A DNA stretch of 64,000 nucleotides from Chrysemys picta bellii (lineage: Eukaryota): positions 52,266,001 to 52,330,000 of the forward strand of contig NC_088801.1 of NCBI RefSeq assembly GCF_011386835.1, written 5' to 3'. A program made the position numbers and the translations under genes. Below the pieces are notes generated by a model. The model was not told the origin of the DNA. It worked only from the letters and a program-made list of their open reading frames with translations, and did not search any database. Shown here in pieces: positions 37,601 through 51,285 of this stretch (the first letter of the stretch is position 1; every line of letters starts with the position of its first letter).

Positions 37601-39120
37601 GAGTCAACACTGAGAAAACAAAAGGGGAGCTGCTGTCTGAGGGGAGCTGCAGTGTGCATGTGATGACAGACTTGCTATTCGCCCTCTCAACACCCTGGAG
37701 GGGACCGCCTTTTCTACCTCCCCAGTGAAGACAGCCATATGGGGAGGTGGTTTTCTTTAGGGACAGATTATAGGAGAGTGTCATGGGGTGGCTGGCTTCT
37801 GGAAGTTGATGAGCATCCACACTCTAGATCTTTATCCAAACCTCCTGAGAATTCACTAGAATACCCCATGGACAGCATGTCCCTGTACAATTGAGCCCCG
37901 CCTTACGTAGGTGCTTGCATTCGTGCTGGGATTTTCTCCTCCACTGCAGAAGATCAGTATGAATAGCCACCTATTCCTGCTCCCTTGCAATTTTACAGAT
38001 GCACTGCCTTGCGGGGACTTTCCCACCTCTGGTGGCACTTACCTCCTGCAGTGAGATCTCCATAAAAGATGTTCCCTGGCACAAGTGCTGAGAATAAAAA
38101 GCTGTTCTCCCCACTCTGAAACGTGCAGAGTCACTAATGACTCCATAAATCCATGCCCTCCAGTGCTGAAACTCGAGAGGTTATATTTTTATTGAGATGA
38201 GAGGATAGTCATCTCACAAGGAATGCATTTTCCATCATGCAGCAGAGACCATTTTCTGGACAACCCTTTTGGAATGAAATGTACACTGCTAAGGGTGGTT
38301 TTATTTAACCCCCTTTTTTTATAAAGCTCAGAAGCTTGGAACCAAAATTTGGTTCTTAACAAAACAAAACAAAAGCCCTTGATTCTTGCAAAGCCATGTG
38401 CACTGGTTAGTGAAAGATGGATCCTGGATGGTGAAGCTGCTATCACTGATTTGGTTGGTTTAAACAACAGCAATAGAAGCATTTGTCTAACAGGGTAGGC
38501 TTGATATGTGTGTCTATGGGAGCCATTCCATTGACTTCAGTGGAAGTTTGAGTCAGACTTCATTTGAATAAGGGAAACTTTAAAGATCTTATTAAAAGGT
38601 GTTTCAGGCTCTTTCCCCCATAAGTGAAAGATTCTTTGCAAGTGGGGGTTTGGCAATGGAGATCTATAGCAGAGATTTGGGGTCTGGTTTAAGAATAGTT
38701 GCTAACTTTTTATGTGCAGTTCTCAGGTTCCTTTTGGAGCTGGAAATACAAAATATCCCCATTTTTAGCAAAATATCTATCATTTTCCAGCTTTATGCAG
38801 CTATGATTGAGCCCAGTCTAAAATCTTGGCCCTAGAATCAGATCTGCATTTTGAACATCACCAAAGTAGGAGACTGTTCAGATCCCAGGTTCCAAAAGGA
38901 GGGAATCTCCCTCCAAATGAGTTAGGTGAGGAGCAACCTAGGAAATGGTGTTTGAAAACAGGCTGAAGAGCAGTGGGAAAGAGATTAAAAAGATCTCCTC
39001 CAGCCCCCCAAAGCCCTGGCCACGGCCCTTATTATAAATGCTATCGGGTGACTCAGACACTTTTTGGCAGAAAGGAATCAGTGAGCAGCACAGAAAGTCA
39101 GCCACATGGGAACTTCAGAG

Positions 39121-39126
39121 TTTATT
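39121..39126 (-). terminator. Probable TSSK6 poly(A) signal
   Basis: First minus-strand AATAAA I found, about 490 nt after the stop codon. Confidence 0.55.
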
Positions 39127-39609
39127 ATAGTCCATTAGGGAGTAGGTGACAAAGATCTTTGCTGCTATTTGTCCCATCATCTCACCCGTACGCTACCACC
39201 TTCAGGCGTTGTGGTGAAGTCCAAATCTGCTTGCAGGGGGGATCATCTTCTTCCTGCTGCCACTGGTAAGTTGATGGTACTCCAATGTTCCCTGTGGTAA
39301 ATGCTTCTTTAAACAGCCCCCATTTGTCATTCTTGCCACTAGCTCAGCATGGTCCCGGTCCCTTGAAATCCAACCTGCAGCAGCTTCATAGGGTGGTTGG
39401 GCCTTTAACCTTCTTCTAGCAACATGTGGTCACATCATCACTTTAAATCTTACTATCAGCTTCATGTGGCTGTTGCACCTGTAAATGACCCTAGTCCTTT
39501 CCAGCTCCTCATTGTCAATATCTGTTTAACGTGCTGCTCCACAGGGTTGGTGCCCCAGCTGTCCCTGCACATGTCCTAGGGCTGGAATATATGGGGGAGC
39601 CTTGCCCTT

Positions 39610-40545
<936 letters not shown>

Positions 40546-40999
40546 TCACCCCCCCCTATGTTCCCACTGGGTACTTGGTCCAGGGCATCACTGCTCACCC
40601 GGGTATTGTGATGTGCTAGGAGTGTCATGGGCCACTCCCTTTGTGTGTTGCCAAGGGTGTCAAGTTAGCTCCCTTTCCTTCCTCCGCTCTTTGGGATCCT
40701 GGGCATATCATGTACAGAAGCAAGGGGAAAGCTCCTACTGTTAATTTTCTTGAGATTATTGTCTCTTCCACTTGAGTTTGGGCTAGGCTTCTTGAAATAA
40801 TAAGAGCCTAGTCATGAGCTTTCTGAAAGGAGCAATTAATTTCTGGTTTTTGCCAGACTGATGCATATTCTGCACAGAAAACTAGATATATTCAAGTCAG
40901 GATTTACACAAAGTGGTGCAAAAAGAATGGTTTTATACCCTGCCAAACTACAAGTTGTTTTGGGTGACTCTGAATATATATTTTGTAATTCTGAGGCTG

Positions 41000-42907
41000 T
41001 GTTACCGGAATATTTTAAACCAATTGAATTTAGCCAATGATGTTGCCTACAAATGCTGCTCTTAATTTAAAACCTTTATTTTTAATGTATCTGTTCCGGT
41101 AATTAAGGTTGTGGCCCGCCCTAAAGGAGGTTCCAGGGAAAGCCGCAGCTAGCTAACTTTCCCTTGAAAGGACACGGATACAGGCCTCTGATCAAGAATA
41201 GACAGTCAAGCAGTGAATCTTCGAAAAGAAAAGTAGTATTTATTTAGAAGTGAGTGGTTCCAGTAAAAGAGTAAATATAGATAAAATAAGGTTACAGTTA
41301 AAAAGGGAATGAAACGGCGCAACAAATAAAAACGCAACACTACAATAACAATTTCAATTTAACTCTACGGCATATAACAATATAATCATTCACTTACTAC
41401 TCTATACCGTATAACAATATAATAATTGAACATGTAACAATATATTAATTAAACATTCAATATTAAATACTTAAAACTAAGCACCTAGGAAGCGCTGGCC
41501 TGGTGGTTACTAAATGGGTAGAAGCAGATCTCACTCAGACAGAAACATCCAACTTTATTTACACTTGCAGCCCCTCATAAATGAAAGATGGGACTTACAG
41601 GGGCTTTCTTAACAATCCCTCTGCACTGTCTTCGAGGGCCTTCTGCTTGGTCTATGTTTTGGGAGCGCTCTGTGCTGTAGCAATCTGTGCTGTTGTTCAA
41701 GCGGCTGCCTGCTTCCACTGAGGTAAAGTTTCTCCTCAGGGAGCAGATACAGAAGCCTGCTTGGCTGTTGCTGAGGTAGCTGCTGCAGTGGCCTCGGCTG
41801 GCTGGGTGGCAGAAACGGCCATTGCCAGGGGCAACCTTGGAACCCTGAGTGGACTGCTGCAAGAGCTGCTTGGGAACGATGCTAGCGAGTGTGGGTTGCG
41901 GGGCTGCTGTTGTTGCTTTGCTAGGATGGAAAGGCCATTAGCTACTTACAGAAGCCATTGTTATGGCTTGTGGTGCTGCTGCAGTAGTAGCTGCTTTGTG
42001 AGCGATGGCTGCCAGTGAGCATTTTCTGAGGCTAGCGAGCGCTGTCAATGCTTGTGATCGTGGGTAGTTAGCTACTCTGCTGCCGTAAGGCAATAGTTAG
42101 CTTTCTTACCCAGCAGGGCTCCACTGGTGTGGTTGCTGCAGCTCTGTGAGCATCTTCTTTCTTCCAGGTGCCCTGCAGCGTTCCGCTCTCCTTCAGGGCC
42201 TTGTCCCCTACAAGGTTTTAGCCTGTTGGCTATCGCCTTTATATACGATTTGCAGCGCATTGGCTGAATTACGATGATAAATTATAGCTAATCAACTTTC
42301 AGGGATTTGCATATGCAAAATTGTCACATGTACCGACATGTGACACTCAAGCTCAGCCAATCAGTTTCCAGCGATTAGCATATGTTAATTATATGCTAAT
42401 TAGTCATGTGTCCTGGTAGCTCCTCCTCCTATCATAGACCTCTATGGGTTCAGTGTATTCCTATGGAGTTTTTCAGCTGACCTTTGGATGAACCCTAGCT
42501 ACTTCCTGTTTGAGAGTCCCATGTATTCCTATGGGCGTCAATGTATCTCTATGGGATTTTGATGAGTCATTCCTCACAGGAAGTGGAATTATTACATCAG
42601 AGGCAATGGACTCCTGGGTGCCTAGAAATGGGATCTCCCATTATATTACATCACCCTATAGCCACCATTACTAGATTTTCTAATTTAAACTATTCTTAAT
42701 TTTTATTTAATTACAGATTTATTCCTAAAACTAATTACTGTTCTGAGCATTCCAAAGGCTCCTGATACTATCACTATTCATTTTACATTCAATTAAGCAG
42801 TTTATAATTTTGCCAAATTTACACCCCAACCTGAAGTTTTTCTGCAAATTTCCAATTTAAAGTGTTGTAAGGCATTTTGGGCAACTGAGACAAAATCTCT
42901 GGTCACA
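41000..42907 (-). mobile_element. Long solo LTR (1908 bp)
   Basis: Termini TGTTACCGG / CTGGTCACA; 4-bp TSD gctg at 40996-40999 and 42908-42911; minus-strand TATA 42238-42245 and AATAAA at 41075, 41239 and 41554. Confidence 0.7.
42238..42653 (-). promoter_or_regulatory. LTR U3 promoter/enhancer cluster
   Basis: TATATAAA, CCAAT boxes (42259 and 42357), octamer ATTTGCAT 42305, AP-1 TGAGTCA 42563, ETS sites 42501 and 42577, ATTACATCA twice (42591, 42645). Motif matches only. Confidence 0.55.
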
Positions 42908-43624
42908 GCTGGAGAAGCGTATTTACCAGCTATGGTTGTTCCTCCTAAGGGTTTAGAGGAGGACTCTCTCAATTTATCTTCCAGTAAAGAACCCCCAAAG
43001 AACTCCTACTGCCTAAGTTCTTGAACTTGAAATTTTAGTCCTTTGAATTTTTAAAAAAGTAATAGTTGGGGCTGCATAAGAAAATTCGGACCAGAGGCCT
43101 CTTAGAGATCTACTGAATTTTAGATTTTTAATTTTGTTGGGGCAATGATCATTATTCTGAGGACACATTTGAATAAATGTACTATTGATAGCATATATTT
43201 ATATAAAATGTTTTAACTCCCCTCCCCAGTTTTTCTTGAGCACTCATTTGCTGAAGGTAAATGGTCTTTGTGGTTCTTGGTATAAATGTAGCTTGTCTGG
43301 ATTGTGTGTGTGTTTTTTCTAATTTTTTAATTAGACACTCTGAACAGCCCAAGGAGGCAACAAGAGAGCCCTAGGTACTGAAGAGAATAGGGGATTTGGA
43401 CAGTCACACGGAACCCTTGCCTACACACGCATAACGTCACTGGTAGCCGTAAGTAAGGGCAACAAAAGGGGCATCTGATGCCTCCAGCTACCCAAATGGG
43501 CCACTTGTTACTAACTCAATGGGGCAGGGAGGAGGGGAATAAAGTACAGCCCCACCAAGGGAAGTGAAGAATACTATATCTAACTGAAACGGGGGAGGGG
43601 GATTTGGAGAGGCAGGAAGCAATT

Positions 43625-43830
43625 ACCTGGGTTGGGACTTGGTGGGAACTACAGCATTAGCCGCCCTACTTTTGAGAAAAGTGAAGTGGGATCTTTAATG
43701 ACCTCTATTTGGGTCTCATATGAAAGACATCAGCAAAAATGCCCCTCAAACAGCCTGCCAGATTTCAGACCCAATAACCGACTCAGAGGAAAGAGCGCTG
43801 CCTACCTTCCGTTCTTAAGCACTGTTGTTT
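43625..43830 (-). mobile_element. DeuSINE (AmnSINE1-like) fragment
   Basis: Reverse complement has gtaggcagcgctctttcctctgagtc, gtctttcatatgagac and ggtcattaaagatccca..cacttttc..aaagtaggg, resembling the Deu domain (from recall). Confidence 0.55.
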
Positions 43831-46175
43831 TTTCAAGATATTCCAAGGTTCTAGTCCACGTTAGGGAACAGCTGCCTGAAAATTGTATATATATATATAT
43901 TTTTAGTTTATAAAAAAAAGTCTGAAACCACAAAGCCCTTCATGGTTCTAATAATACTTTTGCCAATCAGTGCTGAAAGAAAAAAAAAATCAGTCCAGGA
44001 CTGAGCACTATCTTCCCTTATTCAGTCATTTCAGTATTTTTTAAAGTCACTTGAGTTATATAACCACTTGAACAAATAGTAGTTATTAAAGCAGCTTTAG
44101 TTATATGGGTTCATTTGATGGCACCTACTGTATTATAAGCACAATGTTAATTTTTATCTGCTATAGTACTTGCTGGCTTTACCCAACCCTCTCTCCAAGA
44201 GCCATCTTTTCTTCTCACAATCCTTTTGCAAATACAGGAATTCACTATGCTTTGAAAGCACAGCTTTTTATTAGGCATGATGCAGGGAAGCATCACTCCA
44301 GTAACAGCTGGAGGAGTCATCCAGCTTTAGCCAGGCACCACACTGCCTGAAATGCCTTGAGACAGGGGAGCAATATAAATGTTGTACTACTCAGTTACAG
44401 GGTGGAATATTTGTTTCCTCCAGTGTGTGGACACAACTCCGCTGGCTGGTGGGGTGAGAAGTGGGTCCCTTAATCCCATTCCATCCTCATCTTCTTTGAA
44501 GAGTGTGGAGTCAGTGTAGCTACTAGGGGATCACATCTGTATGGAGGCATAAGGGAGGAGGTTTCTTGTCTCTTATGTCCATGTGGTGCCAGATGCAAAC
44601 TGGCCCACAGACTCTTTCCATGCAGGCAGTCTAATGAACAAACTTAGAATTCCTGCTTCTGAAGTGGTTAAGTCATAAACTTTCTGCAGAAGAATTTGCC
44701 CAGTTTCCTGGTTTCGCAGAATGACATTGGCAACCTGGGGGTGGGGAAGGAGAGAACGAAGAAGAAACAATTGGCTGAGCTACTGAAGATGACAATTAAA
44801 AAAAGAGAAAAGAAATCCAGGAACAAAAACTGACAAAAATTCAAGATTTTAGGAAAGAACTGCAGCTTGAACCATATGCCACGAATGCTTTTATTTAAGC
44901 ACAGAAAAAACAGCACAGCACTCAGTAGGCCAAAGAGCTGTGGAAAGTCATTTATTTCTGTGGGCTACAGATTAATTCCTGGCACTTACAATTAGACTGT
45001 GATTCATAACCACAGTGACTTCAGATGAGGTTCAGGCTGCACTTTCAGTAAGAAGTGAGCACTCCTAGATGACTAAACACCACTGAGCCGAAGTAATAGA
45101 TTTGAGGAATTTTTATGAGGGAAGATGATACCCCACGTTTCCATTGGTTACAAAAGTTCTCTTCTTGTTATATATCACTGCCACTGAGAAATGCAATCCT
45201 CACTTCTCTAAGTTGACAGGTAGGTACCATTACATATGTGTGTAAGCATAGTGGTTCTGATGATGCACAGTACTTTGGGCTAAAGCAAGACTTGAACTGT
45301 AGGCTGTACAGCAGTGGAATACATGGTGATCGCAGGGGGTCCATGGCAGAATCCTCTTTTAGGGGAAGCCCGTTTGTGATGTTCCCAGAAGAGATGTGGC
45401 CCGAAGCACTGTGGGAGAAAAAAATGAAGTAGCTACTATGAACAATACCCAAATGGTAAAGGTTGCTGTGGCTTTGTATCTTGTAATACTGATAAACCTA
45501 CATCTGCTGAAGTGAGCTCCCAGTTTTAATGTTTCCAGCAAACTTGGTTGAGACTGCTGTACTCAGGTTCAGATTAGCAACTGAGCTGTTTTCTCAGCCA
45601 TTCTCTACTCAGAACAATACCTAGCAGTTAGAAAACATAGAACTGTTATAAATCCAAAGGTCGCGTAAGGCGATGCCATGGTGGTTAGGAGAGAAGAGCC
45701 CAGCTGAAAAATAGGGCCGGGAAGGGCTTCTTCCCCAGATGGGGAATCTTGGGGTATCCAGTGTGATACTAATATATATTTCTGATCTTTCTGTAAACCC
45801 AAGGCTAAACTGTTGTTTGTTGTTGTTGTTCATGGTCGAGACGTTCTTTTGCAGCTCTATTCTTAGCCTGGTTCCTAACCCACAGTCTGCAGTATGACAT
45901 GCCTTTCAGAAAAAGCACTGAACTGAGACAGCAAGAGGAAGGAATGAGATCTTTCTTCTTTGGAGAACACCATTAGATAGAGAAGGAGGAAAGAGCCCTG
46001 AGTTCGTCTTTCTGTGCTGTGCTTGGACTTGTATTTTTTGTTTCCTTTGATTTTTTGGCGTTCAGTTTCTTAGCATAAAAATGTACCCAAAATCTGCTTT
46101 GCTTCCATCCCTCCACCTCCGATTGTGCAATCAGTACTATAAATATTTAGCCAAAGTCAATACATTGTAGTGGCG

Positions 46176-47127
46176 TTGACAGATATGGCAATATTCTGGC
46201 CCAACCTCATTGTATTACGTTTAACATCTTTGGAGTTCATTGTATTAAAAATGCAAATGTTTATGTATTATTGTGGGACTGTTTGGAACATTTATAGGAG
46301 GAAGATATGATTAATGCAAGCTCTAGGAAGCGTTATAAACCTCAAAAAACTGTTTGGGACAATGTGTGTAAGGTGAGTTTTCCATTAAGTGCTTGGGAGG
46401 AGGGAAATGCAAAGTCTCACCTCCAAAGCCAGCCTTTTGAAACTGCACGCTGGGGAGAGAAACTGATTGATTGCCTAGAAACTCCAGCCCAAAGACCTTT
46501 GAACTATATAAAGGATGGATTAACTTTTCATGAGGGTTCCTGTTCTGGACAAAAGGGTTTTATGAACTTGAAACCTCAGGAACACCTCTGTGGGGAGTTT
46601 TGAAGGACTGCTCACCTGATAAACTTATTAGCAAGCATGTAGGTTATTTCTATATTGTTTTCTCTGTAGTGCTTTTGCCTTAAGAATAAAATAGGGTTGC
46701 TTAGAAAGGACTGTGTGGTTACGTATAACTGGAGCAAAATTACGCTGTGTACTGTCCCTGAGGAGAGAGGTGAAGTGGGCCTGCTTAGGCAGATGGTCTT
46801 TTGCTGGGAATAACACAGTGAAGACAAAGATGTTGTTATTTAGCTTAACAAAGAGAAGATTAAGAGGTGACTTGATTACAGTCTATAAATACTTACCTGG
46901 GGAGGTTCTCTGGCCTGTGCTATACAGGTCAGACTAGATGATCACAACAATCCCATCTGACCTCAGAGTCTAAGCAAAACTGTTCAGCCTGGAAATATTG
47001 CGGTTAGAGGGGAGAAAGATGCAAGTCTTCACCTAAGAGAGGCTACTGCTGGGGAGCTGGAAGCCTAGAGTGGGTGTCCTTGGACCACTGAGGAGAAATA
47101 CAGGTGCAATTGCCCTGAACTGTAACA
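46176..47127 (+). mobile_element. Solo LTR interrupted by a CR1 fragment
   Basis: (t)tgacagatatggc..ctgaactgtaaca ends; flanks ggcg/ggca (3/4). Confidence 0.55.
46836..46972 (+). mobile_element. CR1 3' fragment
   Basis: Translates LFSLTKRRLRGDLITVYKYL, then ggtcagactagatgatcac..cccatctgacct. Confidence 0.8.
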
Positions 47128-47924
47128 GGCATAATCAGCACTAAGTATGTAAAAGGAACTTGAGCCCTGAGCCTCCTCACATGCTATACCTACTGGTAAT
47201 AACAGGAGCTTGATTGTGGAGCTGTCTAAATTGTTTCTTTGAATGACTCTAATTAATTTCTATAATAGTTCTAATACTTGATAAACAGCAGTTGCTCTAC
47301 AAAGATACAAATGACTTGGTAGTAATATTTTTACATTCAATAATTTATTTAATGACTTGAAAAATCTGCAGAGGTGGGTCACACTTTATATTGTTTCCTT
47401 TAATAAAGTTTTAATAAATTACTAATAGGTGTTTTAATAAATGGTTAATTGATTTTTGTAAGCAACTATTGACCTGTTGGACTCTATACCAATCTGTAAC
47501 TGTCTTCTATTGATGTGTATCAAACACTACTTATGTTTGCAGCATGGTTATACTTAATTAATAATTAATCCTTTATAAATCCATTGACAAATAGAGCCTT
47601 CATTATAAAGTATGACAGAGATACATAATTAAATCCTCAAGCTCTATGGGTTGCTTTGGAATATCACTGGGGATAACTTAAACCAAACTTTTGTAAAGAA
47701 TAAAGAATATTTTCCTCACTAAATAATAATGAGCTTGCAATACTGTTGTTCTGAGACATATGGTAAAATTTTCAAACACACCTAATGACTTAGGCTCCAA
47801 AGTTTCATTTTAAAAAGTCCCTGTAGGTTCCTAAATGCCCAAGTCTTTTTTGGCTCCTAAGTCACGGAGCCACTTCTGAAAATGTAACCTAATTTATAGC
47901 AGGGACAGAAATGGGGGGTACGGG

Positions 47925-48085
47925 AGGGATCTGGGACTCAGAGGACCTGGATTTGATCCCTGGATTTGTCACTGACTTTTTATGTAGCTACAGGCAAGTC
48001 GTTTAATGTGTGTCTCATTGTCCCTTTTTTACAAACGGGGAATCTTTTTACCCACTGTTCTGTAAAGTGCTTTGAGATCCTTTTG
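47925..48085 (+). mobile_element. MIR SINE
   Basis: ggactcagaggacctgg..tcactgact..ggcaagtc.tttaa..gtaaagtgctttgagatc. Confidence 0.65.
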
Positions 48086-48846
48086 TAAATATGGCAAAGG
48101 GATGCAACCCTGTATGGGGACATATGATTTAGGGTATGTTCAGTGTTTTCTGTGGAGAGGAGGTAGGCCTTCCCCGCCCTCTGAGGTGAGCAGCCACCTC
48201 CTCTCACTTTCTCAGAGGGAAGTGACAGTTGGAGGAGAGGAGGGGGATGGTTGAGGGATAGAGGCAGGCACTGTGGGAGCCTGAGAGAAACAGACTCTGT
48301 GAGTAAACTGAGAGAAACAGGGAGCCCCCAGAGGGATGGGGGGAAACCCTGACTGAGAGAAACTGAGAGTAAGTAGAGAGGCTAAGATTGGGCAGGAAAG
48401 ACAAACATGCAGAAGAAGGTCCCTTTAGTTTAAAGGTGGCTGGTCAAGTCAGTCCATGTTGGATGGTGTGTTCCTGAGCATCCCTTCCTCTTTGTTCCTA
48501 ATCATCGGTTCCAGTCATCTCCTATCATTGATTCATGTGGCCATGGAGATCCGGAACAGGAGATTCAAAGGTCCTTCAGATCCAGTGGGTTTGGTCTAAT
48601 GTGCAGCCCCGCAAGTAAGAATCACTGGAGTCAAGTCCATCTCTTCAGGAAGTCATGAGAGGCATTTGAGGTCAAAGGCTGTCTTGGGCGGTAGACAGCA
48701 TCCAGTGAGATATTTGGGGAAAGGGGAACCTTAAACTAGAAAAAAATAACCTATAAAATAATAGCCTGTGCTTACAAAGATAGCTATAGGGATATTTCTT
48801 TATTTAGAGTTATATTTAGTTAAGTACACTTAGCAGTAAGTTATGG

Positions 48847-48890
48847 GGTGTGTGTGTGTGTGTATGTGTATGTATATGTGTGTGTGTATA
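48847..48890. repeat. (GT)n/(GTAT) microsatellite
   Basis: Read directly; a second (GT)n run lies near 48990-49010. Confidence 0.9.
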
Positions 48891-50271
48891 TATTTGAACC
48901 ATTATAAATTTATTATATGTATTCTTCATCAATTTAATGTTATTGTAGGGAGGTGGAATCCAGTTCTGGTTTAAATAAAATCTCCGTTATGTATGTGTGT
49001 GTGTGTGTGTTTGTTTTTTGACAACTAGTTATATTATCTCGGCTACCATTAAATAACCTTTTATCATGATGTAAAATCTCCCTTTCGTCAGCTCTTGCCT
49101 GCTGTTTAAATTATACTACCACTGTGGTGGATCATTACTAAATCTTGTTCAGTAGTTCTGGGACATGGTGACCTTCAGAAGTATTACAAATTATAACACA
49201 ATAACCCTCCTCTGAGAGGTCTGTTGACAATTGCATGACAGTCACTACATAAGTGCAAGGTATTTTGTAAACACAAAACCCAGAACTGTTTTATCTTGAT
49301 GAGAGCATGACCAACAAACAAGTCAGTGCCTCTTATGCCCCTTGGAGGAGCATCAGGGCAATGAGAGAGAAAGAAGTTGGTGTATAATTGGGAGGCCCCG
49401 TCATGTGGCTGGAGGATGTTTTGACTTTCTGTATTTAGGGAATGGGAGGGGGCTTCCCTTGTGAGACTATCACTCCTGTGGTGGAGTTAGTAGCTGGGAA
49501 TTCAAAAGCAGATTAATCTCAACATTCAGACTAATCAAACATGTCTCTGTGCTGTGTATTTTGCTGTGGCTGCCCTTTCCCTGAGCTCCCAGATTGCTAG
49601 AGCTATGCCAGTTTAATTATTGGACTCTGAAGTACCAGCTGTCATTCACTACAGCAAACAACTGAGCTAACAAAACAGTCATGAGAACTTGTTTACTTGG
49701 GATCATTAGTCCACTTCTTTGCATTCTTATTTATCTCTGAAGTCCCTATTATGATGGACTGTGGTTTATTTCAAAGGAAACCTCTATTTTCCATTTAGTT
49801 CTAAAATGTTCTAATTTTTTAATTATGAACAACATTTTTATGTACCATGGGCCAAACTTTACTGTTCTTACTTAGGTGAAGACAACGCATGGTGTGGCTG
49901 AACAGGGAGTGCAGCATTTGGCCCTGTATTTGGAATTAATAATTTTAGTAAAGTGTTGCCTGGAGGTTTCACACATGGCATCAGATACTAAAGTGATGAG
50001 AATTTGTAAAATCTTATTTTAGGATAACCACACCATTAGCAAGAGTTGTATATAAAGCAGTTTCTCCATATTAATGATAGGCAAACCTCAAAAAGTTTGG
50101 GGCTTCCAGTCAATCAGATAAGGACACTACAGCTTGCATATTTACCTAAAGTTTATTTTAAATATCCAAAGCTTTTAGGACTAAGTGTATTATAAACTAC
50201 CATGGAAAGTTAGCTTGGGTGTATTCAATATATGAAAAATGTATATAACATGAGGTGCTTGTCTTATGTCC

Positions 50272-50390
50272 CAGCCCTATGATCAGACCCATGTAGATGG
50301 GCCATGAGGAGTCCCCCTGAAATCAATGGGGCTCTGCATGGGCTCAAGGGTTGGCTGGCATGGATCTGATTGTAGGGCTGTTGGGTTGGG
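50272..50390. repeat. Short palindromic MITE-like element
   Basis: cagccctatgatcagacc / ggatctgattgtagggctg inverted ends; gaaatcaatggg core. Confidence 0.6.
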
Positions 50391-50492
50391 GGATTTCTTG
50401 TGTGAGTGAACACTACCTAGTACACCACTGGCATACAGAAAACTAATGTTAACAATTTCTATTAATGGAAGAACTGTAACACCTAGTTCTGA

Positions 50493-51140
50493 AGTATCAG
50501 GGGGTAGCCGTGTTAGTCTGTATCTACAAAAACAACAAGGAGTCTGGTGGCACCTTAAAGACTAACAGATTTATTTGGGCATAAGCTTTCGTGAGTAAAA
50601 ACCTCACTTCTTCGGATGCATAGAGTGAAAGTTACAGATGCAGGCATTATATACTGACACATGGAGAGCAGGGAGTTACTTCGCAAGTGGAGAACCAGTG
50701 TTGACAGGGCCAATTCAATCAGGGTGGATGTAGTCCACTCCCAATAATAGATGACGAGGTGTCAATTCCAGGAGAGGAAAAGCTGCTTCTGTAATGAGCC
50801 AGCCACTCCCAGTCCCTATTCAAGCCCAGATTAATGGTGTTGAATTTGCAAATGAATTTTAGTTCTGCTGTTTCTCTTTGAAGTCTGTTTCTGAAGTTTT
50901 TTTGTTCAATGATAGTGACTTTTAAATCTGTAATAGAATGACCAGGTAGATTGAAGTGTTCACTTACTGGCTTATGTATGTTACCATTCCTGATGTCCGA
51001 TTTGTGTCCATTTATTCTTTTGCGTAGGGACTGTCTGGTTTGGCCAATGTACATGGCAGAGGGGCATTGCTGACACATGATGGCATATATAACATTAGTG
51101 GATGTGCAGGTGAATGAGCCCTTGATGGTGTGGCTGATGT
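50493..51140 (-). mobile_element. Penelope-like element, second subfamily, 5'-truncated
   Basis: 7-bp TSD gttctga at 50486-50492 and 51141-51147; open GIY-YIG frame VIYAIMCQQCPSAMYIGQT..LNRDWEWLAHY; pLTR. Confidence 0.95.
50579..50619 (-). ncRNA. Minimal type I hammerhead ribozyme motif
   Basis: GCAT-CCGAAGA-A-GTGAG-gttttta-CTCAC-GAAA-GC-TT-ATGC; compensatory G-C to A-U pair in helix II relative to the other copies. Confidence 0.8.
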
Positions 51141-51165
51141 GTTCTGACTATCGCGCTATACCTTG

Positions 51166-51285
51166 GGCTCTGATCCTGCAAGTTACAATGCGTGAATGTA
51201 CCTGCATAGAGCCCCTTTGACTTCGGTGAGGCTTCAGGTGAGTTGAGGGGGTTCTGCCCATGTTGTAACTTGCAGGATCAGGGCT
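51166..51285. repeat. Short palindromic MITE-like element
   Basis: Perfect 19-bp inverted repeat ctgatcctgcaagttacaa / ttgtaacttgcaggatcag. Confidence 0.75.

Noticed and set aside
39344-39441. C/D snoRNA candidate in the TSSK6 3' UTR (GTGATGA..CTGA, minus)
   Set aside because: No terminal stem, not intronic, no guide recognised.
40647-40665. RFX X-box in the TSSK6 upstream region
   Set aside because: Only the GTTGCC half-site matches.
41575-42260. Short ORFs, or a spliced 46-aa peptide, inside the LTR
   Set aside because: Low-complexity, weak acceptors, no gag/env-like motifs.
44680-45100. Charged coiled-coil-like frames as a possible fossil gene or viral element
   Set aside because: Multiple stops and frameshifts and no recognisable motif; only a translated search could revive it.
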